The position numbers were made by a program, and so were the translations under genes. Of a stretch of DNA of 63,187 bases, positions 39,063-48,970 are shown one piece after another. The stretch's first letter is position 1. The number at the start of each line of letters is the position of its first letter. The notes below the pieces were generated by a model. The model was not told the DNA's origin, ran no database searches, and saw nothing but the letters and a program-made list of their open reading frames with translations. This DNA comes from a virus (lineage: Duplodnaviria; Caudoviricetes), in the IMG/VR virus record IMGVR_UViG_3300042507_002438, positions 1 to 63,187 of that record; one strand, 5' to 3'.

Positions 39063-40919
39063 TTACACAATCTCGCACCCATTCCCGCCACATGCAAGTT
39101 CACCAGAAAGATTTGTGTTGTCATTTATCTCAATAATATTTGCGACATTTAACCCCTTTAAGTTCTTAGACAATTCCAAGTACCTAGCCTCGTCAATCTC
39201 CTCGAACGGAGTCTGCTGATAAGAACCTAAGTCTTCAGGCAAGAATGACAGCCCGTTGTAGTGGTTCTGATTCTCCCAAAGCCATTCTCCTACCATCTTC
39301 CACTCCCCTGGGTTCATGGTAACGGTAGCAGATATGTTGTGCGTATTCTCGCCGTACACGTGCCCCGGCTTGATCCACTTCTCATGAAGGAACTTGACGC
39401 GCTCCAAGAAATCAATAGCAGACTCAGAGTCCCTTGTAAGAGCACCAGCAGGTGCAGCGATAGGAACAGATACGTATGCCTCCTTAGAGTCGTAAACGCT
39501 GTCCTCTAATAACTCTGGATGATTTATCAGCATGTACGTGTACAACGCCTCGCTCTTTCCTACGCGCATTCTACGGATGTAGTACTTAGAGTGCCATGTG
39601 TGTACACCGGAAGAACACCCTAAAACGATAGAAGCAGTTCCAGATGGCTTAACAGTCGTTACACGTGCAGCTTCGTTGATGCCAATAGTAGCAGCAACAA
39701 ACTTATTCACACGAACGGCAGCCTCGGCAGCTTCAGCGATGTCAAGATTCAAAATCTTACCGCTTGCAATACCGGTCATTCCAACACCAAGTAATGCCTC
39801 TCGCTCGGTTACTTCCTTCCATTCTGGTCTCAAGTAGTGAAAGTCCGTGTATGATGCCTGAAGCGTTCCGATAAACGCAGCCGTCTCTGCTCTCTGCTCG
39901 AAGTCAAACTGATCGATAATGTCAGAAGCATTGATCTCCACCAAGTTACAAAATTGAAATGAGTTCAAACTAATTTCTGCGCATGGATTTGTGCCGAGCT
40001 CTAGGTCGTTCGTAAACAAGAACCCTGGCTCTCCGGCATTACTTAACTCTACCTTCTTCCAAAGATCCAAGAACATCTCCTTAGAAACTTCTCCGTTGCG
40101 TAAGATTTTAACAGAGTTGTTTGCCCTTCCACGCTGAGGATTTGATTCGTACCACTTGCCAGACTTACACGTAAGCATGTCTTGGTCGTCGTGATCAAAC
40201 AGGGCAATCATTGCAGACCTTCTAATGCCACCAGCCAACACAGCATTAGCGATGTGACACAGTATGTCGTGGCACTCAAGAGACGTAAGTTGCTCTCCAT
40301 CTTTCTTGCGCTCAAGGATAGCCTCAACATGAGCAAGGCACAGCCTCAATGGTTCAGGACCAGGAGCGACACCACCGCTAGTGATAAGCCTCTCGCCTTT
40401 AGCGCGAATAGAACGGTAATCAAAGTTAGGCTTCCAAGAACTCAAACCAAAGTAAGACTTCATCAAGACCTTAACCGAGTCAGCCCATCCCTCAATATTG
40501 TCTGGAATGAGGTACCTTCTTGTCTTGGTTGCTTTAGATATTGCAGGTAACTTACCAATATGATTGCGAGATACGCTATACCCAACCCCAGTGCCTGAAA
40601 GAAGTAAGAACATAGTTTCGTTAAAGGCTCTATAATCATCAATATGCAAATAAGAGCAATTATACTGACGCGCATGATTAACTTCAATAGGCTTACCGCT
40701 AAACTGTAAAGCCCGCATAGAAGGAAGGACCTTCCTTTCGAGTACCAATTCATAATTTGTTCTGATTAATTTTTCTAGTCTAGGAAACTTTCGGATATGC
40801 ATCTCCATGTTGCGAGTAACAAGCTCCTCCCAGGTCTCTCTTCTCTGTTTTGTCTCGTCATACTTAGCGTACTTGCTCCATACAACAATGTCTGATAAAA
40901 TTTTGTGATTTATTTCCAT
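39063..40919 (-). CDS. nrdJ: Class II (adenosylcobalamin-dependent) ribonucleotide reductase, monomeric type
   Basis: VLPSMR, YNCSY, NPCAEI, TTVKPSGT, C-terminal ACGGNGCEI; no small subunit gene seen. Confidence 0.92.
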   Translation of the reverse strand: MEINHKILSDIVVWSKYAKYDETKQRRETWEELVTRNMEMHIRKFPRLEKLIRTNYELVLERKVLPSMRALQFSGKPIEVNHARQYNCSYLHIDDYRAFNETMFLLLSGTGVGYSVSRNHIGKLPAISKATKTRRYLIPDNIEGWADSVKVLMKSYFGLSSWKPNFDYRSIRAKGERLITSGGVAPGPEPLRLCLAHVEAILERKKDGEQLTSLECHDILCHIANAVLAGGIRRSAMIALFDHDDQDMLTCKSGKWYESNPQRGRANNSVKILRNGEVSKEMFLDLWKKVELSNAGEPGFLFTNDLELGTNPCAEISLNSFQFCNLVEINASDIIDQFDFEQRAETAAFIGTLQASYTDFHYLRPEWKEVTEREALLGVGMTGIASGKILNLDIAEAAEAAVRVNKFVAATIGINEAARVTTVKPSGTASIVLGCSSGVHTWHSKYYIRRMRVGKSEALYTYMLINHPELLEDSVYDSKEAYVSVPIAAPAGALTRDSESAIDFLERVKFLHEKWIKPGHVYGENTHNISATVTMNPGEWKMVGEWLWENQNHYNGLSFLPEDLGSYQQTPFEEIDEARYLELSKNLKGLNVANIIEINDNTNLSGELACGGNGCEIV

Positions 40920-40921
40920 GA

Positions 40922-41320
40922 TTAAAATTGTTTTCCGTGTTTATAACCTCTCATTGAATTGTACATCATCTTTAGTTCTATGTGCTTGTCCAAGTCTACA
41001 CCAAGACCTCCACACAAATCAAACAGGCGAATAGCAACATCTGCTAATTCGTCCTCAAATGAGGACTTTATGTTTGCCTCAAACCCAGATTTCCAAGGAC
41101 CGTCCATGATGTTGAACTCATCGTCCCACAAGTTTATGTGTATATCTTTATACAATTCATTCACCGCTTCCTTGTTTGCGTAGTGATCTTTTCTTAGCGC
41201 CTCTAATGCCTCGGCAAGTTCCGAAACAATTAGCATTAATAACTCCGATTTGTTTCTCTCTGAGTCCCAAAATCCCTTTTCTTTGGCCATTCCGTGGGCC
41301 TTTTTAATTAGTTGTTCCAT
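40922..41320 (-). CDS. MazG-like NTP pyrophosphohydrolase
   Basis: LIVSELAEALEA...EDELADVAIR. Confidence 0.85.
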   Translation of the reverse strand: MEQLIKKAHGMAKEKGFWDSERNKSELLMLIVSELAEALEALRKDHYANKEAVNELYKDIHINLWDDEFNIMDGPWKSGFEANIKSSFEDELADVAIRLFDLCGGLGVDLDKHIELKMMYNSMRGYKHGKQF

Positions 41321-41555
41321 AATGTACTTCTACGTTAAATCCTTTTTCTTTTAGTTCTTTTATTCTGTACTCTTGTAATGGCGACAGTTTACCATCGGCT
41401 CTTTTTACTTCGCAGAATAGAGCCCCCTTCTGCGGGTGCAGGGCAATAAGATCGGGTATTCCGTTCTTGTTAGTCTTAATAAGCTTTATTACGTAATAGC
41501 CCTGCTCCTCTAATTCTTTGATCCTCTTAGTTTGGACCTTCTGTTCGCTAAGCAT
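41304..41555 (-). CDS. VRR-NUC domain nuclease
   Basis: E..VQ...G.PDL...EVK...G.LS.LQ; ATG 7 nt after TATCTTTG (41563-41570). Confidence 0.85.
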   Translation of the reverse strand: MLSEQKVQTKRIKELEEQGYYVIKLIKTNKNGIPDLIALHPQKGALFCEVKRADGKLSPLQEYRIKELKEKGFNVEVHYGTTN

Positions 41556-41559
41556 GGGT

Positions 41560-42804
41560 CTACAAAGATACGAAATCTCTTTCAAAATGTGACGACGTGT
41601 AGTTCTTTTTTTTGTTGACTACCTTATAAATTTCTCGCTCTATGCCATGGTCAGAGAATACCCAGTAAACCTTATTATATCCACGGTCCTTGGTAGTCAT
41701 CCGGTCTCTGGCCTGCCAGTAACTAGTAGCACTAAAGTCTATATTATAGAAAACCAAGTACTTAGCATTTTTGAGTGAGATACCCTCCCTGCCAGAAACA
41801 ATCTGAAGCGCTATACTCTTCCCACTATCATCAAACTCCTTGAGGTCTGTAGTTAGGTTTTCGTCTCCAAAAACTTTCTTCAATGCGTTCAACTCTTCGA
41901 CAAATTTGTAGAATATTCCGATCTTCTGTCCCCTAAACTTTTCTCTTATGTACTCGGCCTTGTACGTGCTCAACACCATTGAGTTGCCTGACTCAAACTT
42001 TACCGTGCCAGAAAATATTTGGTGCAGCTTTTGCATCATCTTGGCCCCGGTGTCCGCAAGTATTACCTCTGACTTTCCTTCGACAACAGCGTCTCTCTTT
42101 AATTTCTTTGCGATGTCCATGATATTTTGCGGAGTCTGAACCAGTAACACCTCCTCGTCTATCTGACTCTCAAAGCCGGCCTCTGTCTGAGTGATTGAGA
42201 TCATGTACGGTGATATGGATGCCTGCACCTTCTCCTCTATGGCGTGCGAGTAGTCGTTGACCATCATGGACCCGATCTTTCTCTGTTTCACGTTCACGTA
42301 GTCCTTTGACCATGCATAGAAGTTTTTGTAGTCAGCGAATGGACTCTTGTATCCAAGGACCCAGAACTGATGGTACACCTGTGAGAACGACTCAGGCGAT
42401 GGGGTACCAGACAAGAATATGACCGGAGGGTTAGAATTCTTGAATAGAATGTTCTTAATCTCGTCGGCCCTCTTGCTTGGCTTTGGAAACGCTCCCATTC
42501 CGTGCGCCTCGTCCAGTATCACCATGTCATACTTGTGTATGGCGTACTTGGTCACGCTCTCATAGTTTATAACCGTCATAGCATAACTGCATTCTAGTTG
42601 GTCGTAGTCTGACATGATGGTGTCTATCGCCTTCTTCTTTGTCACAAATAACACAGACTGGCAGCCCATGTCCTTTGCGATCCACATAGAAGTTATTGTC
42701 TTGCCCGTGCGTACCTGCATGGCAAGGTAAACGAAGCCATGGGTATTTATAACCTCTATGGCCTCGTCTACTATTCTTGATTGGTAGTCTCTTAATACGA
42801 TCAT
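41560..42804 (-). CDS. SNF2-like superfamily 2 helicase
   Basis: LRDYQ, GKT, LDEAH, LSGTP, G.EG.SL, QA.DR. Confidence 0.9.
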   Translation of the reverse strand: MIVLRDYQSRIVDEAIEVINTHGFVYLAMQVRTGKTITSMWIAKDMGCQSVLFVTKKKAIDTIMSDYDQLECSYAMTVINYESVTKYAIHKYDMVILDEAHGMGAFPKPSKRADEIKNILFKNSNPPVIFLSGTPSPESFSQVYHQFWVLGYKSPFADYKNFYAWSKDYVNVKQRKIGSMMVNDYSHAIEEKVQASISPYMISITQTEAGFESQIDEEVLLVQTPQNIMDIAKKLKRDAVVEGKSEVILADTGAKMMQKLHQIFSGTVKFESGNSMVLSTYKAEYIREKFRGQKIGIFYKFVEELNALKKVFGDENLTTDLKEFDDSGKSIALQIVSGREGISLKNAKYLVFYNIDFSATSYWQARDRMTTKDRGYNKVYWVFSDHGIEREIYKVVNKKKNYTSSHFERDFVSL

Positions 42805-45173
42805 TTTGTTTTAATTATAATGTACTTCCCTCTTGCGTCTCTATTCCATTCCGGGTCTATTCCGGTTCTGAACACCGAGTACGCTGTCATCCATTGGTAG
42901 AAACGGTTCTGGCTTATGCTACGCTTTCCTCCCTTTGCAAAGTCAGGGAACTCAGATATGAACGTATTCCACAGGTCATTGCCGTACACCCTAACGTCTA
43001 ACTTGAATATGTTGTCGTTGTTCGGGTCAAGCACCCACTCGTAGAAGTTCATGTCAGTCTCGGCAATAAACTTACGGATGTGTAGGTTTCTATACTCGCT
43101 CTTGATGAATCCTTCACGCAGATACAACTGCAAGTTAGATATCATGTAGTTATCAAACCTCAACCACTCTGCCTCTGTCCAGTCGCTGAACAGCAACTTG
43201 CCAAACTCTTGCTCAGGCGTGTAGTCCTTTGAGTAGTACGAAGCAAACTCAATCTCCCACTTTCTTCTCTCAAACGAATTACCCTTTCCCTTGATGGCGT
43301 AGTTGGTCGTGATGATGATCTTTGGTGACTTGTCGAACCCGATCTTGATGGCGTCCTTATTCTTTTTCTCAAGCGTTATACCCTCTGTAACGATACTGAA
43401 CAACCTCTCAAAGTCAAAGTGCTTTCTAACGTCGTCAAATGTCAGAACCTGCGTGTCTGTGGACACCAACTGATACGGGAACGAACGCTCAAAGCTGAAC
43501 GACTTACCGTCCAAAACAACTAAGTTCTTCATCTTGCCAATGGCACTGACGAATATACCCTTACCGGTACCACCCTCCGGGTTCTCCGTGATGACCTCGT
43601 CATTGATGATAACTGCCGGGCAGTAGCCCAAGTTCTTGTAGCCGTGCAGCATGTAGCCAATGGTACTCTCTATACTCTTGGATCTAGCCTCGTCACCACC
43701 GGACACGTTGAACACGAACTGCTTGTAGTCGCAGTCTACGTCATTCAGTGGCCTGAACTCTCGCTGTATCACCTGTCTCTTCCACACATATCCACCAAGG
43801 TCCATGTAGTCAATCGTCTCAACAGCGTCTAGAGTCACACGCACCGCGCAGTTTTTGTAGTACAGATACGACGAGTCCTTGGTGTCACTAACGAAGTATA
43901 CGTCGACTGGGTCAAGCATATTCAGAAACTCCTCCTTGAAGTACTTAGTCTTCTCAGCAAAGAAGTTGTATATGTTTACCTCCGCGTTCTCCTTGACGTA
44001 TCTAAGCACGAAGTCTTTAATCTCTTCGTCTGAAGTGTCGTCGATAAGGTTGTTCGTAACCTTAACAAAAATATAAGACTTAGTGCCTTCCGGTGAATAC
44101 TTATAAAATCCATGGTCTTCTAAAAACTCTTTAAACTCTAGGTGTAGTAATGATACCGCTCCCCTCTCTGATATTGTCCAGAACCTAGGAATAGACAAGT
44201 CCTTCTCCACTTCCGCAAGTACCGCGTCTATGGTCTCGTCGTCGACTCCGGACTCCCTTAAGTCGAGACGCAAGTCCTTTTTTGGCACCCCGTTCTGGAA
44301 ACGTGCGCGCACCTCGTCATACTTTTCTACGTCCTCAAAGAACCTAGTGTTATGCTCATCTGCATGAGAGTACGCACTAGTCACGATCTGCATGATCTCC
44401 TTGTGGTCGAACCCGTCGTGTTGGTAGTACAGGCACTCCTCAATGGCGCGCCCTTTGTCTATGCCAAAACGGTTCATGGTTGCAGCGAGAACAAATACGT
44501 TATTGTTTCTCTCTCCCTCAACGATGCCATACTCTCTGTCCCACCACAACTTGAGCCTGCGAATAATCTCGTCAGTTCTTGTGAGCCTAATCTTTGGCAT
44601 TAGAACGTCGTCCGTGCTGTACTGCCGAACCTCTTGGGTCATGCTCGTCCATGTGTCGGCGTTCTCGTTGATATATATGATCGGGTCATACGACTCGTAG
44701 CACACGCGAGACAAGTTCTTGCCTGTCACGTCGAAGTGGTCGCTGTTAAAGTGATCCTGCAACGCCTTAAAGTAGTGCTTGTGGTTCATCGAGTCTTTTG
44801 GTATTCTCACCAAGACCTTCAGACCGTCACCGGACGGCGATACAAAGCAGGCATACACGTATGGGCTTGATATAATTTCGCTTCTGGCCTCCATCAACGA
44901 CTTGTTTGAGTCGTAGTTGTCGAAGTCTAGACAGATCATCCCGCTATGGTCAAGCAGTGAGTTGTCGTTACGCTTCGTGAACGTGCCAGAAAAACAGATA
45001 GCCGGAAGCTTTGACTTCAGCTTGTTTCTTTCTTCTTTATTCTTTTCTTTTCGGATGGCATTGACAACTTCTCTGCTCTTGCCCTCCTTGATTCGTGCAA
45101 GTATAACGTTGACGTCTCTGTAAAATGGAGCAGACGTGTCCTTTATACTCTGAAATATGGTTATTTGTGACAT
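42801..45173 (-). CDS. Primase-helicase (VirE-N/BT4734-like AEP + PriCT + P-loop)
   Basis: K.KLP...FSG.F..R, CLDFD, F.SPSG.GLK, R.CY.S.D; GERNN; GGTGKG; FDD; TTN. Confidence 0.88.
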   Translation of the reverse strand: MSQITIFQSIKDTSAPFYRDVNVILARIKEGKSREVVNAIRKEKNKEERNKLKSKLPAICFSGTFTKRNDNSLLDHSGMICLDFDNYDSNKSLMEARSEIISSPYVYACFVSPSGDGLKVLVRIPKDSMNHKHYFKALQDHFNSDHFDVTGKNLSRVCYESYDPIIYINENADTWTSMTQEVRQYSTDDVLMPKIRLTRTDEIIRRLKLWWDREYGIVEGERNNNVFVLAATMNRFGIDKGRAIEECLYYQHDGFDHKEIMQIVTSAYSHADEHNTRFFEDVEKYDEVRARFQNGVPKKDLRLDLRESGVDDETIDAVLAEVEKDLSIPRFWTISERGAVSLLHLEFKEFLEDHGFYKYSPEGTKSYIFVKVTNNLIDDTSDEEIKDFVLRYVKENAEVNIYNFFAEKTKYFKEEFLNMLDPVDVYFVSDTKDSSYLYYKNCAVRVTLDAVETIDYMDLGGYVWKRQVIQREFRPLNDVDCDYKQFVFNVSGGDEARSKSIESTIGYMLHGYKNLGYCPAVIINDEVITENPEGGTGKGIFVSAIGKMKNLVVLDGKSFSFERSFPYQLVSTDTQVLTFDDVRKHFDFERLFSIVTEGITLEKKNKDAIKIGFDKSPKIIITTNYAIKGKGNSFERRKWEIEFASYYSKDYTPEQEFGKLLFSDWTEAEWLRFDNYMISNLQLYLREGFIKSEYRNLHIRKFIAETDMNFYEWVLDPNNDNIFKLDVRVYGNDLWNTFISEFPDFAKGGKRSISQNRFYQWMTAYSVFRTGIDPEWNRDARGKYIIIKTK

Positions 45174-45176
45174 GTT

Positions 45177-45357
45177 GTGTTGACTTGTGTTGACTTTGTG
45201 TTGATTTTGTGTTGATTTTTGACTTGTAACTTATTGATTACTAATACTAGTGTTGAAAATGTTAACTTTAGGGGTCTCTCGCACACAAGAGAAAGTAAAA
45301 GTGCTCACTACATATTGCTATATATATAAAGTGGGCCCTCACATTAACATTCAACAT
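45177..45357. other. Putative replication origin (copy A)
   Basis: Four tandem TGTGTTGA iterons, IHF consensus at 45227-45239, inverted arms TGTTGAAAATGTTAA / TTAACATTCAACA flanking TATATATAAA; directly upstream of the primase. Confidence 0.6.
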
Positions 45358-45360
45358 CGA

Positions 45361-45391
45361 AAAAAAGTGGGGCCGAGACCCCACAATTTTT
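45361..45391 (-). terminator. Terminator after SSB gene
   Basis: GTGGGG-TCTCGG-CCCCAC followed by a T tract on the - strand. Confidence 0.75.
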
Positions 45392-45416
45392 AACACTTCC
45401 AAACAAATGGTATACC

Positions 45417-45704
45417 CTAGAATGGAACGTCGTCCACCTCTCTAGAATGCGTTGTTTGTGCCTGAACCTGGCCCGGCTTGTGAACGTCGCCTGACGTGTA
45501 CAATACCTTGCCATTTCCGAGGTAGTTGCGCTTCGCTTTTGAGTCGCGCTCTTCCTTTGTCTGATTCTCCCAACAAGACACGTTGTTGCCGTACTTGTCC
45601 TCCTTGTCGTCGATGTTGATTGTGATGTTGATGTACTTGCCATCCTTCATGCGAGCCTTAGTAATCTTGGTCGCGTCAATTGATAATGAAATTAAATGTG
45701 CCAT
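45417..45704 (-). CDS. Single-stranded DNA-binding protein
   Basis: I.L.ID..KI.K....GKY...D.YGN...YLGNG, acidic tail DDVPF. Confidence 0.8.
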   Translation of the reverse strand: MAHLISLSIDATKITKARMKDGKYINITINIDDKEDKYGNNVSCWENQTKEERDSKAKRNYLGNGKVLYTSGDVHKPGQVQAQTTHSREVDDVPF

Positions 45705-45705
45705 A

Positions 45706-46419
45706 TTATAATGTAAATTGGTTTATATATTCGTTTACGTCTTCGGTTGAATCGGGCCCGAAGTACCTCGCCCATACGTTTACTGCCTGTATTACCTTCT
45801 GCTCGCCAGCTTGAAGGAAGCGTGTAGAACAACTTACCACAGAGGTTCTGAGTGTGCCCTTCTCGATCACTAGGAACACCACCGGCACACCGAACAACTT
45901 CTCGTACACGTATGCCTGAGAGTCGTAGTTGTACTTGCGTGCCGAGAACTTAAAGTCGTCGATGTTTGACGTGGTCTTTAGGTCCACTATCATGTCTCGC
46001 TTTATGATGTCAGCCTTGCCCTTCCAAGGAGCGCCGAAGATCTCTCCTACAGCAGGCTCCTCATAAGCGATTGTGTCCACGTGCACCAAGTCATAAAGGT
46101 AGAAGTTAGACGCGATCTTGTCAGCCATCCTACGGACCTCGTCAGCCTCATGCTCAAGCAGTAGAACGTCGTCTCCAGCCTCTTCCTTGTATTTATTAGT
46201 GTTACGAGTACTAGCAGATACGATCTTGAAATTGCTAGCCTTTTGAGGCTCAAGCACAAGGGTGTGTAGATAACTTCCCTTGACCATGTCAGGAGTCTTG
46301 TCCTTACTCTTCTTGAAACTAGAAGGATCGCTAAGGAGAGCAGAAATGTCACTATTGCTAATGAACTTACTGCCCTCTTGACCATAGTAGTTGTCGTCAT
46401 TTCTTAGCGACTCAATCAT
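45706..46419 (-). CDS. PD-(D/E)xK exonuclease (RecE/ExoVIII-like)
   Basis: S.S.I..L...G...H..VLEP...KGKAD...DLKT...Y..QA..Y. Confidence 0.85.
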   Translation of the reverse strand: MIESLRNDDNYYGQEGSKFISNSDISALLSDPSSFKKSKDKTPDMVKGSYLHTLVLEPQKASNFKIVSASTRNTNKYKEEAGDDVLLLEHEADEVRRMADKIASNFYLYDLVHVDTIAYEEPAVGEIFGAPWKGKADIIKRDMIVDLKTTSNIDDFKFSARKYNYDSQAYVYEKLFGVPVVFLVIEKGTLRTSVVSCSTRFLQAGEQKVIQAVNVWARYFGPDSTEDVNEYINQFTL

Positions 46420-46982
46420 TTTTGATCAGTGATAAATGTTTCAACGTCCTTGGATAGTATATACTTTTTAGATATACTGTCAGCAATTGCCTGTGTCGTC
46501 ATGCCCTCCGATAACTTAGTGATGATCCACTTCTCTACCTCTGGCCAGTTCTTACTCTTCTTACTTAGCGGAACCTTTACCACCTCTACGGGTGCCACTG
46601 CCTTAGCGCCTGACTGCCCGTCGTCGTCGTCCATGTTAAGACTTAGAATGGACATCATGCTGTAACGTCTCGCATAAGAAATGAGAGAGCCTGTTACCTG
46701 TGGGTTGCTTGGGTCCTTTGAGATTAGTGGGTACTCACTCTGCATGAACTCTCCGCTCTCTGCATGGTACAAAGTAGTTACTAGGAAACCGTCATCCGGG
46801 TGTGCTGTCATTATCAAGCCACACGAATTTAACACGGGCGTTACCGCGTCCAAAATGTTCGATAGACTTGCGTAACTGCTCTTGAAGTGCGGATTCTTCG
46901 CGTCCTTCTTGATCTTGTTTACCTCGCTCTGAAATGTGTGTAGAGCCTTCGTTAGGTTGGTGATTTTTTCTGATGTTTTCAT
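46416..46982 (-). CDS. erf: ERF family ssDNA annealing protein
   Basis: K.AKNPHFKS.YA.L...H.ESGE...PQ..GS.ISYARRY...DDDG. Confidence 0.9.
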   Translation of the reverse strand: MKTSEKITNLTKALHTFQSEVNKIKKDAKNPHFKSSYASLSNILDAVTPVLNSCGLIMTAHPDDGFLVTTLYHAESGEFMQSEYPLISKDPSNPQVTGSLISYARRYSMMSILSLNMDDDDGQSGAKAVAPVEVVKVPLSKKSKNWPEVEKWIITKLSEGMTTQAIADSISKKYILSKDVETFITDQK

Positions 46983-47193
46983 TATAGTGTGTTATTAATT
47001 TGTTTATGTACCATTGTGCTTTCTTAATGTCTTCTATTCCGTTCTTGTCTTCGTAACGCCACAGGTACTTGATGACGTTGGCAACACAAACGGCTTCTAG
47101 GCCCTTCTTGTTTACGGTGGCCGACTCGATGGCGTCTATAGCCTCTACCTTACCGTTTTTGTAGTGAGATGGATTGATGTTGTCTTTGTTCAT
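46792..47193 (-). CDS. DUF3310-like protein
   Basis: NP.HY..G..E.ID.I...N..KY.WR...KNG.ED..KA.WY; 3' tail overlaps erf. Confidence 0.8.
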   Translation of the reverse strand: MNKDNINPSHYKNGKVEAIDAIESATVNKKGLEAVCVANVIKYLWRYEDKNGIEDIKKAQWYINKLITHYNENIRKNHQPNEGSTHISERGKQDQEGREESALQEQLRKSIEHFGRGNARVKFVWLDNDSTPG

Positions 47194-47420
47194 TCGCCTC
47201 CGTATGTTTCAATTTTTTGTTTTACTTGTTGCCAGTATTGCAAATATGATGGTGTCATTACGTATGTATCTTCATTCGTTAACATATCTGTATTAATTAT
47301 CTCATCAACTGCAACCAATGCACATTGTTTAGCAAAATGCAAAGTAATATCACTCGCAGAATTAGAATGTACAGCATACATTTTTTTAACTAATTCCTCT
47401 GCCTTCTCTTTTGGTTTCAT
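47190..47420 (-). CDS. Hypothetical protein ending ETYGGE
   Basis: PKEKA.EL...AKQCAL.AVDEI...YW..VK; ATGA overlaps. Confidence 0.75.
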   Translation of the reverse strand: MKPKEKAEELVKKMYAVHSNSASDITLHFAKQCALVAVDEIINTDMLTNEDTYVMTPSYLQYWQQVKQKIETYGGE

Positions 47421-47602
47421 TTGTTACCTCCTTGTTTTTCGTTTTGTAATTGTAAACATTTTGCACCAAAGTCAATCATTTGCTCCTTCTCCATTTCTAA
47501 ATGGTGCTCAAGTAATTTTTGGATTTCATCTCCATTGCCTTGCAAATATCCACCTTCATAAAGTGCTATTGCAAATTCCTCTAATGCTGTTTTGTTTTTC
47601 AT
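47417..47602 (-). CDS. Small protein ending QGGNK
   Basis: KTALE...EMEKEQ; ATGA overlaps. Confidence 0.7.
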   Translation of the reverse strand: MKNKTALEEFAIALYEGGYLQGNGDEIQKLLEHHLEMEKEQMIDFGAKCLQLQNEKQGGNK

Positions 47603-47796
47603 TGCTTACAGAATTTTTTACTTAGCTGCTCTAGTAGGTTCTTCTCCCAGATCCGCGTCGTGTGTCGGAGTTCTGCCGTAACGACATTACCTCCGACGTC
47701 CACGATTGCGTTCTTCTTGTCAACAAAAATCACCCTACCATACTTAACACCATCCATCAAAGATACGGCAACTATGTCGTCAATTCGTATCCGCAT
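47599..47796 (-). CDS. Small SH3/KOW-like protein
   Basis: I.D.V.V....G.V......A.V pattern. Confidence 0.55.
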   Translation of the reverse strand: MRIRIDDIVAVSLMDGVKYGRVIFVDKKNAIVDVGGNVVTAELRHTTRIWEKNLLEQLSKKFCKQ

Positions 47797-48175
47797 GGGT
47801 TAAAATATTATTAAGTTTTTCACAATATTTCCACCGCATCTGCTTGTACTCGTTAAGCGCTCTCTTACTCTTCTCAGGCTCCACGTATCCGGTGTGCAAC
47901 TTTGTTCCGTTAGACACCCGTATCTTCTCGTCTATTGTCCATATGGCCATGTTGAGTGACGCCACGTCAAATCCCCTGCGGAAGAAGTGCTCACGCTCCT
48001 CGCCTTTGACCACTCTGTAGAAGTCGCCTCCGACCATGGTGTTATAGATTACGATAGACCCGTCCGTGTACTTCTCTACCTTGCACCCGTTGTCAATAAA
48101 GTACTCGTGGTCAATGCCGTTGAATAGGCCTCTATTAGATGTTGCCTCGTTCCAAAATTCTTCTTTCGATTTCAT
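47780..48175 (-). CDS. Hypothetical protein
   Basis: 131 aa ORF in the operon. Confidence 0.7.
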   Translation of the reverse strand: MKSKEEFWNEATSNRGLFNGIDHEYFIDNGCKVEKYTDGSIVIYNTMVGGDFYRVVKGEEREHFFRRGFDVASLNMAIWTIDEKIRVSNGTKLHTGYVEPEKSKRALNEYKQMRWKYCEKLNNILTHADTN

Positions 48176-48473
48176 TGTGTATATTTTTTAATTGTTTGTG
48201 ATACTTGTTCTTTGGTTTCTTTATCCACTGCTCCGCGTTGGCAATGGCTCGTGATATGTTTGACTGATTGCGGCCCATGGTCTCGGATAGTTGGATCTGA
48301 TCCAGCATCGTCCTGCTGTACACCTCGTATATCCATGCGTATCGCATGACTCGGTCACTCAGGCCCATCCTGTCCATGTCGAGGTAGTAGTCTTTGTCGT
48401 AGCCCGTCACCTCATTGATGACCGCCTCAACTAACCGCATAACCTCTCTGTCTCTCTTGGTTATGTAGGTCAT
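48135..48473 (-). CDS. HTH protein (remote DnaA C-terminal-like)
   Basis: QIQLSETMGRNQSNISRAI helix-turn-helix. Confidence 0.6.
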   Translation of the reverse strand: MTYITKRDREVMRLVEAVINEVTGYDKDYYLDMDRMGLSDRVMRYAWIYEVYSRTMLDQIQLSETMGRNQSNISRAIANAEQWIKKPKNKYHKQLKNIHNEIERRILERGNI

Positions 48474-48970
48474 CTTACCTTAGTTAGTTGTTCTGTGTAG
48501 TCCTTAGCCTCCGCATAACGCCCGTCGATATTCTTGAGGTACTTGTTCTGTATCCTCACGTAGTCTCTGAGGCAGTCTCTGTACGTGCTGTACACGTTGT
48601 GCCCTCTGTTGAGTCCCTTGGATAACTTGGACGCGCTGTTGCGTATGCCTGCAATATTCTTGTTCTCCCTGCATATGGCCGACCTGAAGTGACCCGTCTC
48701 GACCTTGAACTGGGCGAGCGCCACGTTTGGTAGCATGCACCCTAGTTGTGTTAACTCCTTGGTGATTGCGCTGTCCGTGAGCGGGACGTCCTCTATGTAG
48801 ACCGTGTCCGTGGTGTGCACCTTGCGAGTGTTGACCTGAACGTTGTTTGACATGTATACCATGGCCGTTAATGATGCGCCTAGAAGTACTAGGCACACCA
48901 ACAGCATCTTTCTGTAGTTTGGAGTCTGCCTCAACTTGAGGTCAGAGCCCATGACGTAAAACTTTTTCAT
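48470..48970 (-). CDS. Membrane-anchored glucosaminidase-like (GH73-type) peptidoglycan hydrolase
   Basis: N-terminal TM; ALAQ...ETG...N.N..GI...Y....DY...YAE..DY. Confidence 0.75.
   Translation of the reverse strand: MKKFYVMGSDLKLRQTPNYRKMLLVCLVLLGASLTAMVYMSNNVQVNTRKVHTTDTVYIEDVPLTDSAITKELTQLGCMLPNVALAQFKVETGHFRSAICRENKNIAGIRNSASKLSKGLNRGHNVYSTYRDCLRDYVRIQNKYLKNIDGRYAEAKDYTEQLTKVR

Noticed and set aside
45177-45220. TGTGTTGA tandem repeats as a CRISPR array
   Set aside because: Units are 9-10 nt with no spacers, and no cas genes are present
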